Shown here: piece after piece, positions 1 through 12,486 of the stretch
Position numbering within the stretch: the first letter of the stretch is position 1
Layout: every line of letters starts with the position of its first letter
DNA from: Scyliorhinus canicula
Lineage: Eukaryota
Length of the DNA stretch: 64,000 nt
Assembly (NCBI RefSeq): GCF_902713615.1
Contig: NC_052158.1
Span: 111,736,540 to 111,800,539 of the forward strand
Direction of reading: 5' to 3'
The notes under the pieces: model-generated
Database searches by the model: none
Told to the model about the DNA's origin: nothing
The model's input: the letters and a program-made list of their open reading frames with translations, nothing else
Program-made: the position numbers and the translations under genes

Positions 1-25
1 CAACATTGGTGATATTGCTGACTCC

Positions 26-510
26 ATGATCAGAGACCAAATCGTTTTTGGAGTCCACTCTGACCCTCTGAAAGGGCAGCTTTTAAAAATCAAGCATATG
101 ACCCTGTTGGTCGCGATTGAAACATGTACTCGCATGAGATTGAAGCATGAGCATGCCAAAAAACGGAATTCCCAATACAAATCGGCTGAAAATGAGAAAC
201 CTGCCTCCCATGGTGCACAGAGTGTGCAGGCCATCGCCCGGATGCAGCGCCTCAGCATTGTAAAAGCGGCCATTTTGAGCGTTTTTCCCAGAGCCCTACG
301 CATGCGCGATGCGAATGGGACAACGAAGCGGCCGATCACCACACTGTGCAGTTGCGAATGTCTGCCAACCGCACTGCGCATGTACGACGACGCATGGAGC
401 GTAACGACGTCATGACGTGCCCGAACTGCGGCACTGCCCACTTAAAGAAACACTACCCTGCAAGAGGCAGGCGATGTTTAAATTGAGGATAGCCTGGACA
501 CTGGTCAAGG
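26..510 (+). pseudogene. gag: gag remnant
   Basis: MIRDQIVFGV..L..QLLK...TL..AIETC, then decayed zinc-knuckle sequence (CPNCGTAH...) at about 418-505. Confidence 0.8.
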
Positions 511-699
511 GCCAGCGCTCCCAATTCTAACGTAGGCACGTTCTGAGTGTACAACAAGGTTTACAGGATTCTGATCCTGGCAGTACAACGGATCCAGAGG
601 ATAATTGCCTGGAGTCCCCCTACCGTGTGGGCATCATTACCACACGTGAACATGCCTCACCAACATAATCACGAAGCCTGTCCATCCTCACTGTGGATT

Positions 700-3600
700 C
701 TGGGGACGAATGGCGTGCGGTAATGTAAGTAAATCAATGCTCTATCCAGTTCAAGCTTGACACAGGTGCTTCTGCCAATCTCTTTTCACAGGCAGATTTC
801 AACCACATCAGGAAGCCACCCAAGCTCCTTCCAGCAGCCTGCCAGCTCCTTGACTATAAAGGAAATACCATCACAGCACTGGGATCCTGCCATCTGCTTG
901 TCTCCAACAGGAGCATTCATGCAAGACTAAGGTTTGAAATCGTCAAGCCAGACAGGGCCTCCCTACTTGGCGCACAGGCATGCAAGCAGCTAAACCTTGT
1001 GCAGCGGGTCTACACAATGACCTCCCCCAACGTGGATCTTCAAGCCAGCATTGATGACATCCTCGCACAGTATCTGGATGTGTATGACAGGATGGGCACT
1101 CTGCCATATAGGTACAAGATCCTGCTGTGGCCTGATGCCATACCTGTGGTCCACGCACCATGCCGGATCCCGGCTCCACTGAAGGAGCGCCTGAAGGCAC
1201 AGCTCAAGGATCTTCAAGACCAGGGCATCATTTCCAAAGTTACAGAACCGACTGACTGGGTCAGCTCGATGGTATGTGTAAAGAAGCCTTCGGGGAGCTG
1301 CGCATCTGCATTGATCCCAAGGATCTCAACCAGAATATAATGTGGGAACACTACCCCATCCCGAAGCGGGAAGAACTCACAAGTGAGATGGCACACGCCC
1401 GGTTTTTCACAAAGTTAGATGCATCACATGGGTTCTGGCAAATCCAGCTGGATGAGTCCAGCAGAAGGCTCTGCACCTTCAACACACTGTTTGGCAGGTA
1501 CTGCTATAACCGTATGCCGTTCGGCATTGTTTCGGCCTCAGTGATCTTCCATAAAATCATGGAGCAGATGATGGAGGGCATTGAAGAGGTTCATGTGTAT
1601 GTGGATGACATTATCATATAGTCCACGACCCTGAAGACCTTGTCTCCAGCAGGTATTCCGCCGTGTCGATGCCAATGGCCTCAAGCTGAACAGGGTCACA
1701 TGTTGCTTTGGCATGTCGACACTTACGTTCTTAGGTGACCAGATACCTCAGCAGGGTGTGCGCCCGGACACAGACAAGGTCAAGGCCATTGAAGCCATGA
1801 AGACTCCTGAAGACAAGAAGGCGGTGCTGCGCTTCCTAGGCATTGTAAACTTTTTGGGCAAGTTTATCCCAAACCTGGCCTCACACACCACGGCCCTCAG
1901 ACACCTGGTGAAAAAGTCCACTGCCTTTGAGTGGCAGGCAACTTATCTAGCAGAGTGGTTGGAGCTGAAAGCCAAGCTCACCACTGCACCTGTATTGGCA
2001 TTTTTTGACCCTGACAGGGAAACGAAAATCTTGACAGATGTGAGCCAGGACGGCATCGGCGCGGTGTTGCTCCAGCGCGATGACACCTCATCCTGGGCAC
2101 CCGTTGCCTACGCATCATGGGCGATGACACCCACCGAGCAGCGGTACGCCCAAATTGAAATGGAAAGCCTGGGCCTTCTCATTGGAATTCTCAATTTCCA
2201 CGATTATGTCTACAGCCTGCCGACATTCACCGCCGAGAGGGACCACAGGCCTCTAGTCCACATTATCCACAAGGACCTGAACGACATGACGCCCCGGCTG
2301 CAGCGCATCCTCTTCAGACTTAGAAGGTACAACTTTGAACTCGTGTACACACCTGGCAAGGAGCTCATTATTGCGGCTGCCTTGTCCCAAACAGAACCTT
2401 GCTAGTAAACCGCCGTCATGCATCCAACAGATTGAATCACAGGTGCAGCTTTGGGCCAACAACCTCCCGACATCGGATGAAAAGGTGATTTGCATTCGTG
2501 ACGAGACAGCCAAAGACCCTCTTCTGCAGTATGTCATGCGCCACCTCGCCAATGGCTGGCACAAAGGGCAGTGTCCTCAATTCTTCAATGTGAAGGATGA
2601 CCTGATGGTGGTTGATGGTATCCTCCTCAAGCTGGACCGCATTGTCATTCCACTCAGTCTCCAGAGCTTGGGCTCCGACAAATCCACGAGGGATATCTGG
2701 GTGTCGGGAAGTGCAGGCGCAGAGCCAGGCAAGCTGTCTACTGGCCTGGGATTAATCAGGACATCTCAAATATGGTCCTCAACTGTCCGACTTGTTAATG
2801 CTTCCAGCCAACACAGAGCACAGAGCGCATCAGCAGCACAAAATCGTGACCTCCCCGTGGTCCAAGGTTTGCATCGACCTCTTTCACTCCAATGGTCGTG
2901 ATTATGTGTTAATTATTGATTAGTTTTCCAACTACCCAGAAGTCGTGAAGCTCTCGGACCTCACATCCAAGGCCGTAATCAAGACCTGGAAGGAGACGTT
3001 CTCCAGGTATGCTATTCCACTCACTGTCATGAGTGACAATGGTCCTTGCTTCAGCAGCCAAGAGTGGTCAAGATTTGCCCAGTCATATCAGTTTAACCAC
3101 GTCACTTCCAGCCCCCATTACCCGCAGTCGAATGGGAAGGTTGAGAAAGGGGTGCACATAGTGAAGCAGCTCACCTGCAAGGTCGCAGATTCTGCTTCTG
3201 ACATCAACCTTGCGCTGCTTGCATACAGGGCAACCCCTCTGTCTACCGGTATGTCACTGGCTCAACTCCTGATGAATAGGGACCTGCAGACGACTCTTTC
3301 AACCATACACTTCCCTCCCGGTGCTGCAGAAGGTGCAGGAACACAGTGACTGGCAAAACCAGGGCTATGACGCTCATGCCACCAATGTGCCTGTGCCATC
3401 CCCGGCGGAAGCTGTTCGGATCAAGCTACCTGGTCATCTCCAGCTGTTGTTGTTCAACAGGCTGCTCCTCGATCGTATGTTGTGCGTATGGCTGATGGCT
3501 CTGTTGTGCAGCGAAACAGATGGGCACTGCACACAGTTGCCCGGCCGCAACCACATTCTTCGTTGTTTCCATTTGTTATTGTGCCACCTCCTGACACCTC

Positions 3601-3718
3601 GAACCACGAGGCCACCAGTCAGGCTTCAATCCCGCCTATCAAGGCGCCGTCGTCCCCACCACCACCTCTCCGGCGGTTGACCAGGATCAGACACAAGCCC
3701 CAGAGACTGGACTTATGA
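700..3718 (+). pseudogene. pol: pol (protease, RT, RNase H, integrase) with multiple frameshifts and stops
   Basis: FKLDTGA (D codon 759-761); KLDASHGFWQI..TFNT..RMPFG..YVDD (1274-1621); RNase H TDVS..GIGAVL..DHRPL (1713-2405); integrase SDNGP..SSPHYPQSNGKVE (2945-3349). Confidence 0.93.
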
Positions 3719-3878
3719 ACATTTGTTTTGTTTGCTATGTTCTGTTTTTTCACATTAGACACCTTTTTCACATGTACATTTGTTCCCATCTGCCACAGTA
3801 TGTAAATAAGTTAGTTTTTTGGCCTCCACATGTAAATACTTTCATATGTGCTACAGAAAAACATTTCAAAAGGGGAGA

Positions 3879-4281
3879 TGTCATGATATGCAGACATGCA
3901 CATAATGAGATACAGACAGGCAGCTAATGAACACAGAGAATAGGACATAACCAATCAGCAGGCAGAATACTTGGGGGTGGTTTCCCACTATAAAAGGCAC
4001 GAGGCACTCACACTCTGCCTCTTTCCACTGGGGACATCTACAGAGTGAGTCAGGGTGTATATATCACAGAACACCTCCAGCACGTGGCGAAGAGCTAGTC
4101 TGGTTCAGCCAGACAGAGTAATCACACTTAGGATAGCAGAGAGTCGAACTCACAGAGAACTGTGCTAACTGTGTGACAGGTTCAATAAATCAGATTGAAC
4201 TAACTTCAAGGTATGGAGTATCTTTCAGTTAAATTTGCATTCAGTTGCAGCCCATGTTATCTCAGTGTGCTTAACACGACA
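3879..4281 (+). repeat. 3' LTR (403 bp)
   Basis: TGTCATG...CACGACA termini, CCAAT at 3951, TATAAAA 3989-3995, AATAAA 4184-4189, preceded by the PPT. Confidence 0.92.
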
Positions 4282-4450
4282 GGTAGCATGCATATAATGA
4301 GAGCCACGCTAACATGCAAACCATTGGTATGCTCAAACAATGCTCCCACTGCTCTGGAGGAGCCCTGCAATACTCACCAGAGCTTGTGACAGGATTTACC
4401 TTGGTCTACAGTATCTTGAATAACCTGGCCACCATGAGGTCACAACCCTT
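4282..4450 (+). pseudogene. Harbinger/PIF (HARBI1-like) transposase C-terminal fragment
   Basis: AYNESHA..TIGMLKQ...SGGALQYSPELV...YSILNNLA resembles the DDE_Tnp_4 C-terminus and the copy at 12.5-12.8 kb. Confidence 0.8.
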
Positions 4451-4657
4451 GACACCAGGGACACGCCAAGCAGCTCAGGAGCAGAAGGCAACCACCATAG
4501 CCTCTTTCCAGCTCAGCTGTCTGTGGTGGGCCCATCCAACTGAGGCATCAGTGAACACAACTGCAATTCACTACTAAAAATTATTTCAAAACTTGCACCC
4601 CTTAAACTTGAATGGCATTGTGAGCTATACCAGGAAGAACAATATGCATCTCTTTGT

Positions 4658-4753
4658 CTCTGAAAAATAGTCATATGGGCTCGAAATGCTAACTGTTTTT
4701 TTTTTCTCCACAGACCTGCTGTGATTTTCCAGCTTTTTCTGTTTTTGTTTTAG
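4658..4753 (+). repeat. Decayed Penelope-like terminal repeat (pLTR) remnant
   Basis: CTGAAAAATAGTCATATGGGCTCGAAATGCTAACT...CCACAGACCTGCTG..TTTTCCAGC, similar to 37626-37723. Confidence 0.6.
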
Positions 4754-5725
4754 AACAATATGCAAATGTGTTCGCAATTTTTGTGTGCACCCTTATCTAA
4801 TGCACAATTATAGGTTTGCTTGCTCAATGGTGTTTTTAATTCTTAATTTTTTATGTTATGAACACAAATTAAATTTGGTTCATTTTTTCTCCTTGTGAGG
4901 ATGTGCTTCTTACTGAGAATAACAATTTATACCTCAACGGTGAGCTTCCTGGTTATGTTTTCTGTCTTGACCTACGACTGAAGTAGAATTTGTTGTGTCA
5001 TTGATTATAATTAATGATTCAGCAATTACAGATCTTTACATGTGGCTGCAAGACATAATTCACAGACCTAAAACCATTTCAATTTTAATTCATTGATTTG
5101 CTGTCATCAAAATTGAAATGCTGTCCATATTATAATTTGCCTTCATTTATTTATCATTTGGTGGCTCCAGTTTTAAGGGAAATTTGTTAGGAGATGTGAA
5201 GTATCTGCTACATGCAAAATAGGAGTGGACAAAACCTACAGAATTGATTTGAAGAAAGATACTGCAGCCCAGTGCAGTAAATGCTGTCACTGTTTTGTAG
5301 GCTGAGTGTTCAAGGTATTCCTCTTTGCCCTGCATCAGAGCTGGGACATGATGTTCTTCATCCTCCCCACCGGCGCTTGCTACTGTGCATTTGTGCGGAT
5401 GAATTTCTCACAGCAAGCTCCCTAGCTTGCTATTTCTCAAATGGTGCATGTCAGAAATTCTGAAAAGATGCATTCCTTGTGTCACTGTCCCACTTTGTAC
5501 CCCCAGTTTTCAGATCTGCAAGGGATGAGAGGGAAACACATAAGCAGGTGCAAAGGTGAGCAGAAACAATTGAATGTCTGCTTTTCTGTCATGAATGGTG
5601 TGTGAAGATGAGGTGCCAATGAGCAGGGAAATGAGGGCGCGATGCTAAATACACTGCTGCACTTTTCCATACGTCTCTCCAGAAACAATGACCTGACTTG
5701 CACTCTTCCCATAATATCTATGATG

Positions 5726-5955
5726 GTAAAAGAAAATTACTGCGGATGCTGGAATCTGAAACGAAAGGGAAAATGCTGGAAAATCTCAGCAAGTCTGGCA
5801 GCATCTGTAGGGAGAGAAAAGAGCTAACGTTTCGAGTCCGATGACTCTTTGTCAAAGCTTTGACAAAGTGTCATCGGGCTTGAAACGTTAGCTCTTTTCT
5901 CCCTCTACAGATGCTGCCAGACTTGCTGAGATTTTCCAGCATTTTCCCTTTCGTT
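5726..5955. mobile_element. Penelope-like inverted pLTR insertion (about 196-bp palindrome, 5760-5955)
   Basis: Arms are reverse complements centred on AGCT 5856-5859; TSD ATCTATGATG at 5716-5725 and 5956-5965; same repeat follows a PLE RT at 37626. Confidence 0.88.
5822..5859 (-). ncRNA. Minimal type I hammerhead ribozyme motif (U3:A8 variant)
   Basis: AGCT-TTGACAA-A-GAGTC(ATCG)GACTC-GAA-ACGT-T-AGCT on minus strand; a mutated mirror copy lies at 5856-5893 (+). Confidence 0.7.
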
Positions 5956-6399
5956 ATCTATGATGATCCCTGGTGCTGCATCTTTCCTGGTGAAGATTCA
6001 TTAGCTTTTCCTGCAAGGAAGTAGGGAGGGTGTTTGTTAGCCTGCTGTGATGTTTAAGGGTGTGCATGACTGGGTAGAATCATGTAGCTGGTGAGTGAAA
6101 TATGAGGAGATGAGGGAAGCGATTGACAGGGTACTGCAAAAGTCGTGGGGCCAAGTGGAGTGTGCTGCAGCGATTGGAGCAAGAGTGGCAGGAAGTGGGG
6201 ATGGGTGTTTAGGATTGAATCTGTAGATAGTCCAAGGTGAAGAGTCAAAGAAGGAATATTTTTGGATTTAAGATTGGATTCTGATGGCAGTAAACCTTTC
6301 CCCTGGGACAGTCAGACCTACTTTGCCACTTCTGCCAAGTGTAACCAAGACACTGGGTGGAAAGGTGAAGCCCTCCTCCTCGTCCTATTGACTCCTCCA

Positions 6400-8719
6400 A
6401 AGCTATATTGGATTTGGTACTGGGTAATGAACCCGGCCAGGTATTAGATTTAGATGTAGGTGAGCACTTTGGTGATAGTGATCACAACTCGGTTATGTTT
6501 ACTTTAGCAATGGGCAGGGATAGGTATATACCGCAAGGCAAGAATTATAGCTGGGGGAAAGGCAATTATGATGCTATTCGGCAAGATTTAGGATGTATAG
6601 GATGGGGAAGGAAACTGCAGGGGATGGGTACAATCGAAATGTGGAGCTTTTTCAAGGAACAGCTACTGCGTGTCCTTGATAAGTATGTACCTGTCAGGCA
6701 GGGAGGAAGTTGTCGAGCAAGGGAACCGTGGTTTACTAAGGAAGTTGAAGCACTTGTCAAGAGGAAGAAGAAGGCTTATGTTAGGATGAGACATGAAGGC
6801 TCAGTTAGGGCACTTGAGAGTTACAAGTTAGCCAGGAAGGACCTAAAGGGAGAGTTAAGAAGAGCGAGGAGAGGACACGAAAAGTCGTTGGCGGATAGGA
6901 TCAAGGAAAACCCTAAGGCTTTCTATAGGTATATCAGGAACAAAAGAATGACTAGAGTAAGATTAGGGCCAATCAAGGATAGTAGTGGAAAGTTGTGTGT
7001 GGAATCAGAGGAGATAGGGGAAGCGTTAAATGGATATTTTTCGTCAGTGTTTACACTGGAGAAAGACAATGTTGTCGAGGAGAACACTCAGGTTCAGTCG
7101 ACCAGGCTAGATGGAATTGAGGTTCAAAAGGAGGAGGTGTTAGCAATTTTGGAAAATGTCAAAATAGATAAGTCCCCTGGGCCAGATGGGATTTATCCTA
7201 GGATTCTCTGGGAAGCCAGGGAGGAGATTGCAGAGCCTTTGTCCTTGATCTTTATGTCGTCTTTGTCGACAGGAATAGTGCCGGAACACTGGAGGATAGC
7301 AAATATTGTCCCCTTGTTCAAGAAGGGGAGTAGAGACAACCCTGGTAATTATAGACCTGTGAGCCTTACTTCGGTTGTGGGTAAAATGTTGGAAAAGGTT
7401 ATAAGAGATAGGGTTTATAATCATCTTGAAAAGAACAAGTTGATTAGCGATAGTCAACACGGTTTTGTGAAGGGTAGGTCATGCCTCACAAACCTTATTG
7501 AGTTTTTTGAGAAGGTGACCAAACAGGTGGATCAGGATAAAGCGGTTGATGTGGTGTATATGGATTTCAGTAAGGCGTTTGATAAGGTTCCCCACGGTAG
7601 GCTATTGCAGAAAATAAGGAAGTATGGGATTGAAGGTGATTTAGCGGTTTGGATCAGTAATTGGCTAGCTGAAAGAAGACAGAGGGTGGTGGTTGATGGC
7701 AAATGTTCATCCTGGAGTTCAGTTACTAGTGGTGTACTGCAAGGATCTGTTTTGGGGCCACTGCTGTTTGTCATTTTTATAAATGACCTGGAAGAGGGTG
7801 TAGAAGGATGGGTTAGTAAATTTGAAGATGACACGAAGGTCGGTGGAGTTGTGGATAGTGCTGAAGGATGTTATAGGATACAGAGGGACATAGATAAGCT
7901 GCAGAGCTGGGCTGAGAGGTGGCAGATGGAGTTTAATGCGGAAAAGTGTGAGGTGGTTCACTTTGGAAGGAGTAACAGGAATGCAGAGTACTGGGCTAAT
8001 GGCAAGATTCTTGGTAGTGTAGATGAACAGAGAGATCTCGGCATCCAGGTACATAAATCCCTGAAAGTTGCCACCCAGGTTAATAGGACTGTTAAGAAGG
8101 CATATGGTGTGCTAGCCTTTATCAGCAGGGGGATTGAGTTTCGGAGCCACAAGGTCATGCTGCAGCTGTACATAACTCTGGTGCAGCCGCACCTGGAGTA
8201 CTGCGTGCAGTTCTGGTCACCACATTATAGGAAGGATGTGGAAGCTTTGGAAAGGGTTCAGAGGAGATTTACCAGGATGTTGCCTGGTATGGAGGGAAGG
8301 TCTTACGAGGAAAAGCTCAGGGACTTGAGGTTGTTTTCGTTAGAGAGGAGAAGGCTGAGAGGTGACTTAATAGAGACATATAAGATAGTCAGAGTGTTAG
8401 ATAGGGTGGACAGTGAGAGTCTTTTTCCTCGGATGGTGATGACCAACACGAGGGGACATAGCTTTAAATTGAGGGGTGATAGATATAGGACAGATGTCAG
8501 AGGCAGTTTCTTTACTCAGAGAGTAGTAGGGGTGTGGAACGCCCTGCCTGCAACAGTAGAAGACTCGCCAACTTTAAGGGCATTTAAGTGGTCACTGGAT
8601 AGACATATGGATGAAAATGGAATAGTGTAGGTCAGATAGGCTTCAGATGGTTTCACAGGTCGGCGCAACAGCGAGGGCTGAAGGGCCCGTACTGCGCTGT
8701 AGTGTTCTATGTTCTATGT
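6400..8719 (+). mobile_element. CR1-clade LINE, 5'-truncated
   Basis: End of APE domain (DLVL..SDH), full RT, 3' UTR ending in (TTCTATG)n. Confidence 0.96.
6408..8630 (+). pseudogene. CR1 ORF2 (740 aa open, N-truncated; FADD changed to FEDD, GVPQG to GVLQG)
   Basis: KSPGPDG, NYRPVSLT, DFSKAFDKV, QGSVLGP motifs; FEDD at 7821-7832. Confidence 0.92.
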
Positions 8720-9943
8720 ACATCAGAAACGCAGGGAGCCTTGCACTATCCAGTATGGTGGTGTTGAGAATGTAGCTGATTGCAGCAACGGTGATCTTCC
8801 CATTTAACAGTGGCCCACACCAGCAACATCTAATTTTGTAAAGCCTCCCCCAGAGCATGGATAGTGGACAATGACCCCAAAATGCCTTCCCTGAACCCAC
8901 TCAGCAAAGGAGGGCAGTGGTAGGTGTGACCCCAGCAGGGAAAGCAGCGAATGCATGATCTTAGGGTCAATGTGCGAGAGAGACAGACAAATCTGTGCAC
9001 TAAATGAATTTATATACACTGGGGCTAGTTATTGCAGAAGTTGCTTCGAATCTGGATGAAACCTGACTTTGAAATATTGATTCAGCAAAAGAATGGGATC
9101 ATTAAGTGCAAACTGTTTCTTGCAGAATCTTCACTGTACAATTCTGAGCTGCATTTTTACCCCTGCGCCAACAAAATTGACCCTGTAAGTAGAAAAAGAG
9201 TTATTGACCTGTATAGAAAGAGTCACACCTGTGCTTAGAACAATAAACCCTGTTTGTCCTCTTACACCCATCTTTTTTTAAAAAAAACTTAGCTTTTTCA
9301 ACCTGTCAGAATCAATTGCTTGGGCTGAAGGCAGGCTGCCAACATGTAAACAAGAAAAGAAAGGCTGACAGCAGTGTTTGGAGTGATGCAGGTGTGAAGG
9401 TTTATAGGGGCCTGGGGCATAACTTTTGACCTCGAGAGGTAAAAAGGAATTGAAGAATAAAGTCTGGTGACATGAGGGATTGAGTGTAGTAGGTAGCTAA
9501 AACAATGATGCAAAATCTGACGTTTGGAATTGTATGAATTTAGGTGGGAAACTGAAAGAGCTGCTTGCACAAAATCTTTGAGTGACACAAAACCATTTTC
9601 CTTGTTTTTCAGGGTTCAGTGTGGGGTTCCTGTAAACCAGACTTTGCAGGATAGATGAGTTGATCTTCGTGTGTTTGATGTGGCTTGCAGTCTAAGTAGC
9701 AGAGACTTCAATATGTTCTGAACAAAAGCATCAAACAACATTTGCAACTGCAAAGATAACACAACAAGGTTACTCTGGTACTCAGGCCTTGAAATTATTT
9801 TGGGATATTAGCCTGAAGCATTCATCTGAAATTCCAGCTGCACTGTTAAACCATTTATTTGAAGTGGAAATAACGGTACTGCTACAACATAAGAGACAAA
9901 AGTTCTAAGATGTTCCGTTTGCACTGGCATCCCAAGAAAAAGA

Positions 9944-11822
9944 TCACACAGCACATCCGAAGTGGAGGCTGCCTGCTGCTTGTTTCACCCTCTGCCCTAG
10001 GTTATCCCTTGGCGAGCATCCAATGGAGGGCCTGAGCTTCGATGGGCCCAGGTGATTCTCGGGTGTCACAGGTGACAATGTGTCAGCCTGTTCTGTCAAC
10101 TGCCGCTGCCCATGAGATATGCCAGTGTCAGGTGGGGCGGGATACGGAAGGGCTGAGGCGTTCCTGCGGAAGAAACTGGCATGGACCCCAACACTTAACT
10201 GTCCATCGGGCAGTTGTCCTGGCCCCAGCGCTACCCCTTGAGACTGAGGTGAGGCAAGAGTGAGCTCCAGATGTGCCACAGTCATCTGGCACTGCCAATC
10301 CTGGAGGCCTGCCTCATCTGAACCATGGTCTCAATGCTTTCATCTGAACAGCGGTCTCGATGCCCTCAGTGATGGTGCACTGAGACTGGGTCATGTCGCT
10401 TAGTGAGTGAGCCATATCCCCCACTGTCACGTTCATCCCTCTGCCTCTGTGACTGGCTAAGGTCAGTCAGCACCTGACCAATGCTTTTGATGACCTCAGC
10501 CATGCACCTTTGTGAATGGGCCAAGCTCTGGAGTGCTGCAGCAATATCCATATGTGCCCGGGACATGTCCAACTGTGACTGGGCTCTCCTGTCCTGTGCC
10601 TCAGCCATGGACAATGCACTGTTTGCCAAATCTTGGACATTCTGACACAAGGCACTGACATCTTGCCCAGGCGTTACATCATGAACGCCACCTTTTCAGT
10701 GTTGGCCAAGGTGCCAAGCATTGTCAACATCATCTCCTGCACCTGAAGGCGGTACTTGAAGGTGCCGGAAAATTGCTGACACCCTACCTGTAAGTTCTGG
10801 CTCTGCTTCTGTATCTGTAACAGTGATGAGATCATCTTTTCCGGAAGACCAAAATCTGTCTGGGGCGACAGCTGTTCCCTGGGTTTGAGCAGATCTCCCA
10901 CTGTCCGCTCCCTCGGAAGTCCCTGCCTCCACGTGATGTGCTGCAGCATGTATGTGGTGCTGCCAGAGGGTGACCAGGAGCTGGACTGCCAATGTGACCC
11001 ACCGAGGTGATAGTCTCTGCGATAGTGGATGGTGCAGGTGAATGCAGTGTCTTCCCCGGAGTGGTGCTCCAGGATGTGCTGAGGGTCTGGGTGGGGACTG
11101 TGACTCTGGATGGCCTGACTTTGACTGATGGTGATCCTGCAAGACAAAAATACATGGGGTGAGCTTTTGGGAAGGATTCAAGGGTGATTCACTTGCTTTC
11201 GGGACATCTACATTGCATTGGACTCTCTCTTCTTTGGTGCATGACAACCTCCATTGCCACTGCCATGTCCTGTGCATCCTCTGCGCGTTGCAGTGCCCTT
11301 TACTCTGAGGGGGACCCGAAGATGTGCATGTTCTCCTGTCCCCTGGCACTCTTGGCGATTATGGGCTGCTTTATCCTTGGGGAGACAGAAAGGACATGGT
11401 GAGATTTTATGATGCAAGTTTTATGGGAAGTTTGCTCAAAGAGGTCCGTACATGCATTGGGTTTTGGTGACGGGTGGGTTGTAAGGGAGGGTGGGGGTGT
11501 TGTTGGTCCCAAGGGGATAGGGGAAGATATTAAGAGTGAGGGATGTCGTGCAAGGGGAACAAGAGTTGGTGACTCACCATAGCTGGTCTAAGGAGATCAT
11601 TCATCTTCTCGGGTGGAATGGAAGTCAGTTCTGAATGGAGTGCTTGAAAGATGCTCCAACTTGTCAGGCTATTAATGTAATTCCCGACCCCAGTGAATCA
11701 GACGCCATTGGGGCCGGGAATCAGACGGGCTGCACATGAGTTGCGTGCTGGCCCATTTATATGACCTGAATTTCTCTTCACGACGCACCTAACGGAAGCA
11801 TACATTTCCCGTGATTCAGCTC
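9944..11822 (-). mobile_element. Harbinger remnant carrying a spliced Myb/SANT-like accessory gene (pseudogene)
   Basis: KMNDLLRPA followed by GTGAGT donor (about 11578); exon DKAAHNRQECQGTG (about 11375-11192); acceptor TTGCAG at about 11136; TIR-like end near 11822. Confidence 0.7.
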
Positions 11823-12083
11823 CGGCGGTTGCACTCAGTCTCCAACCCCATAAGTCGGTGTACCTGCCACTCTTCCCCTGCCTGAAACAGTTGCTATATT
11901 ACTCAGAAATGATTTTTTCCCTCAATTTTTATCATTATCAGCGTAACGTCTGGAGTATTTGCGATTTCATGCCAACCTCATTGCACACCATTGTGGAATA
12001 ACTCAACACAGGCTGTTACATTTCATTTTAAACCTTATGTTTATAAGAACTCCACTCCCCACACTCTCATTCCAGCCACGAAG

Positions 12084-12200
12084 ATGGCTTCCCAGGGACC
12101 TGCACCATGCGTCATGGAGAGTCAGCTGGAGAGAGTGCTGGGTGAAGTGGAAGAGAGGAGAGACACCGTCTTCCCCAGGTTGGGGTGCTGACTGAGGAGC
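12084..12200 (+). pseudogene. Myb/SANT-like DNA-binding domain N-terminus (Harbinger partner protein)
   Basis: MASQGPAPCVMESQLERVLGEVEERRDTVFP fits the APRFS..ELE.L..EV..RR..LF pattern. Confidence 0.7.
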
Positions 12201-12486
12201 ACCAGAACTCATCTCACAGTGAGTCATCCCCTGTCCTGTGTGGACAAGACCCGTTGATATTGCTGACCCAGGGACAAGACCTTGTGGTGATATTAGTAGG
12301 ACCCTCAGAAGGTGGAGGGAGAGCTGTGGAAGTGGGAAGGGCTGAGGGACAGGGATGGTGGAATGAAAGGTGGTGGGAGGCATTGAAGGGGTGAGTGGTT
12401 ATAGGGGAGGGAGTTTGATTTTGGAAAGTGGGGGGAGGGAATGGAGAGGTGGGACAGGGTGCCAGAGCTTCTGGTGGTGAGGGCTC

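Larger units (their letters stand above)
1..4281 (+). mobile_element. Gypsy/Ty3 LTR retrotransposon (Mag-like gag), degenerate; 5' end lies outside the window
   Basis: Domain order gag-PR-RT-RNaseH-IN across frameshifted ORFs; polypurine tract AAAAGGGGAGA at 3868-3878 directly followed by a TG...CA LTR. Confidence 0.95.

Noticed and set aside
9600-9790. Host coding exon after a TTTTCAG acceptor
   Set aside because: Stops in all three frames within about 45 nt
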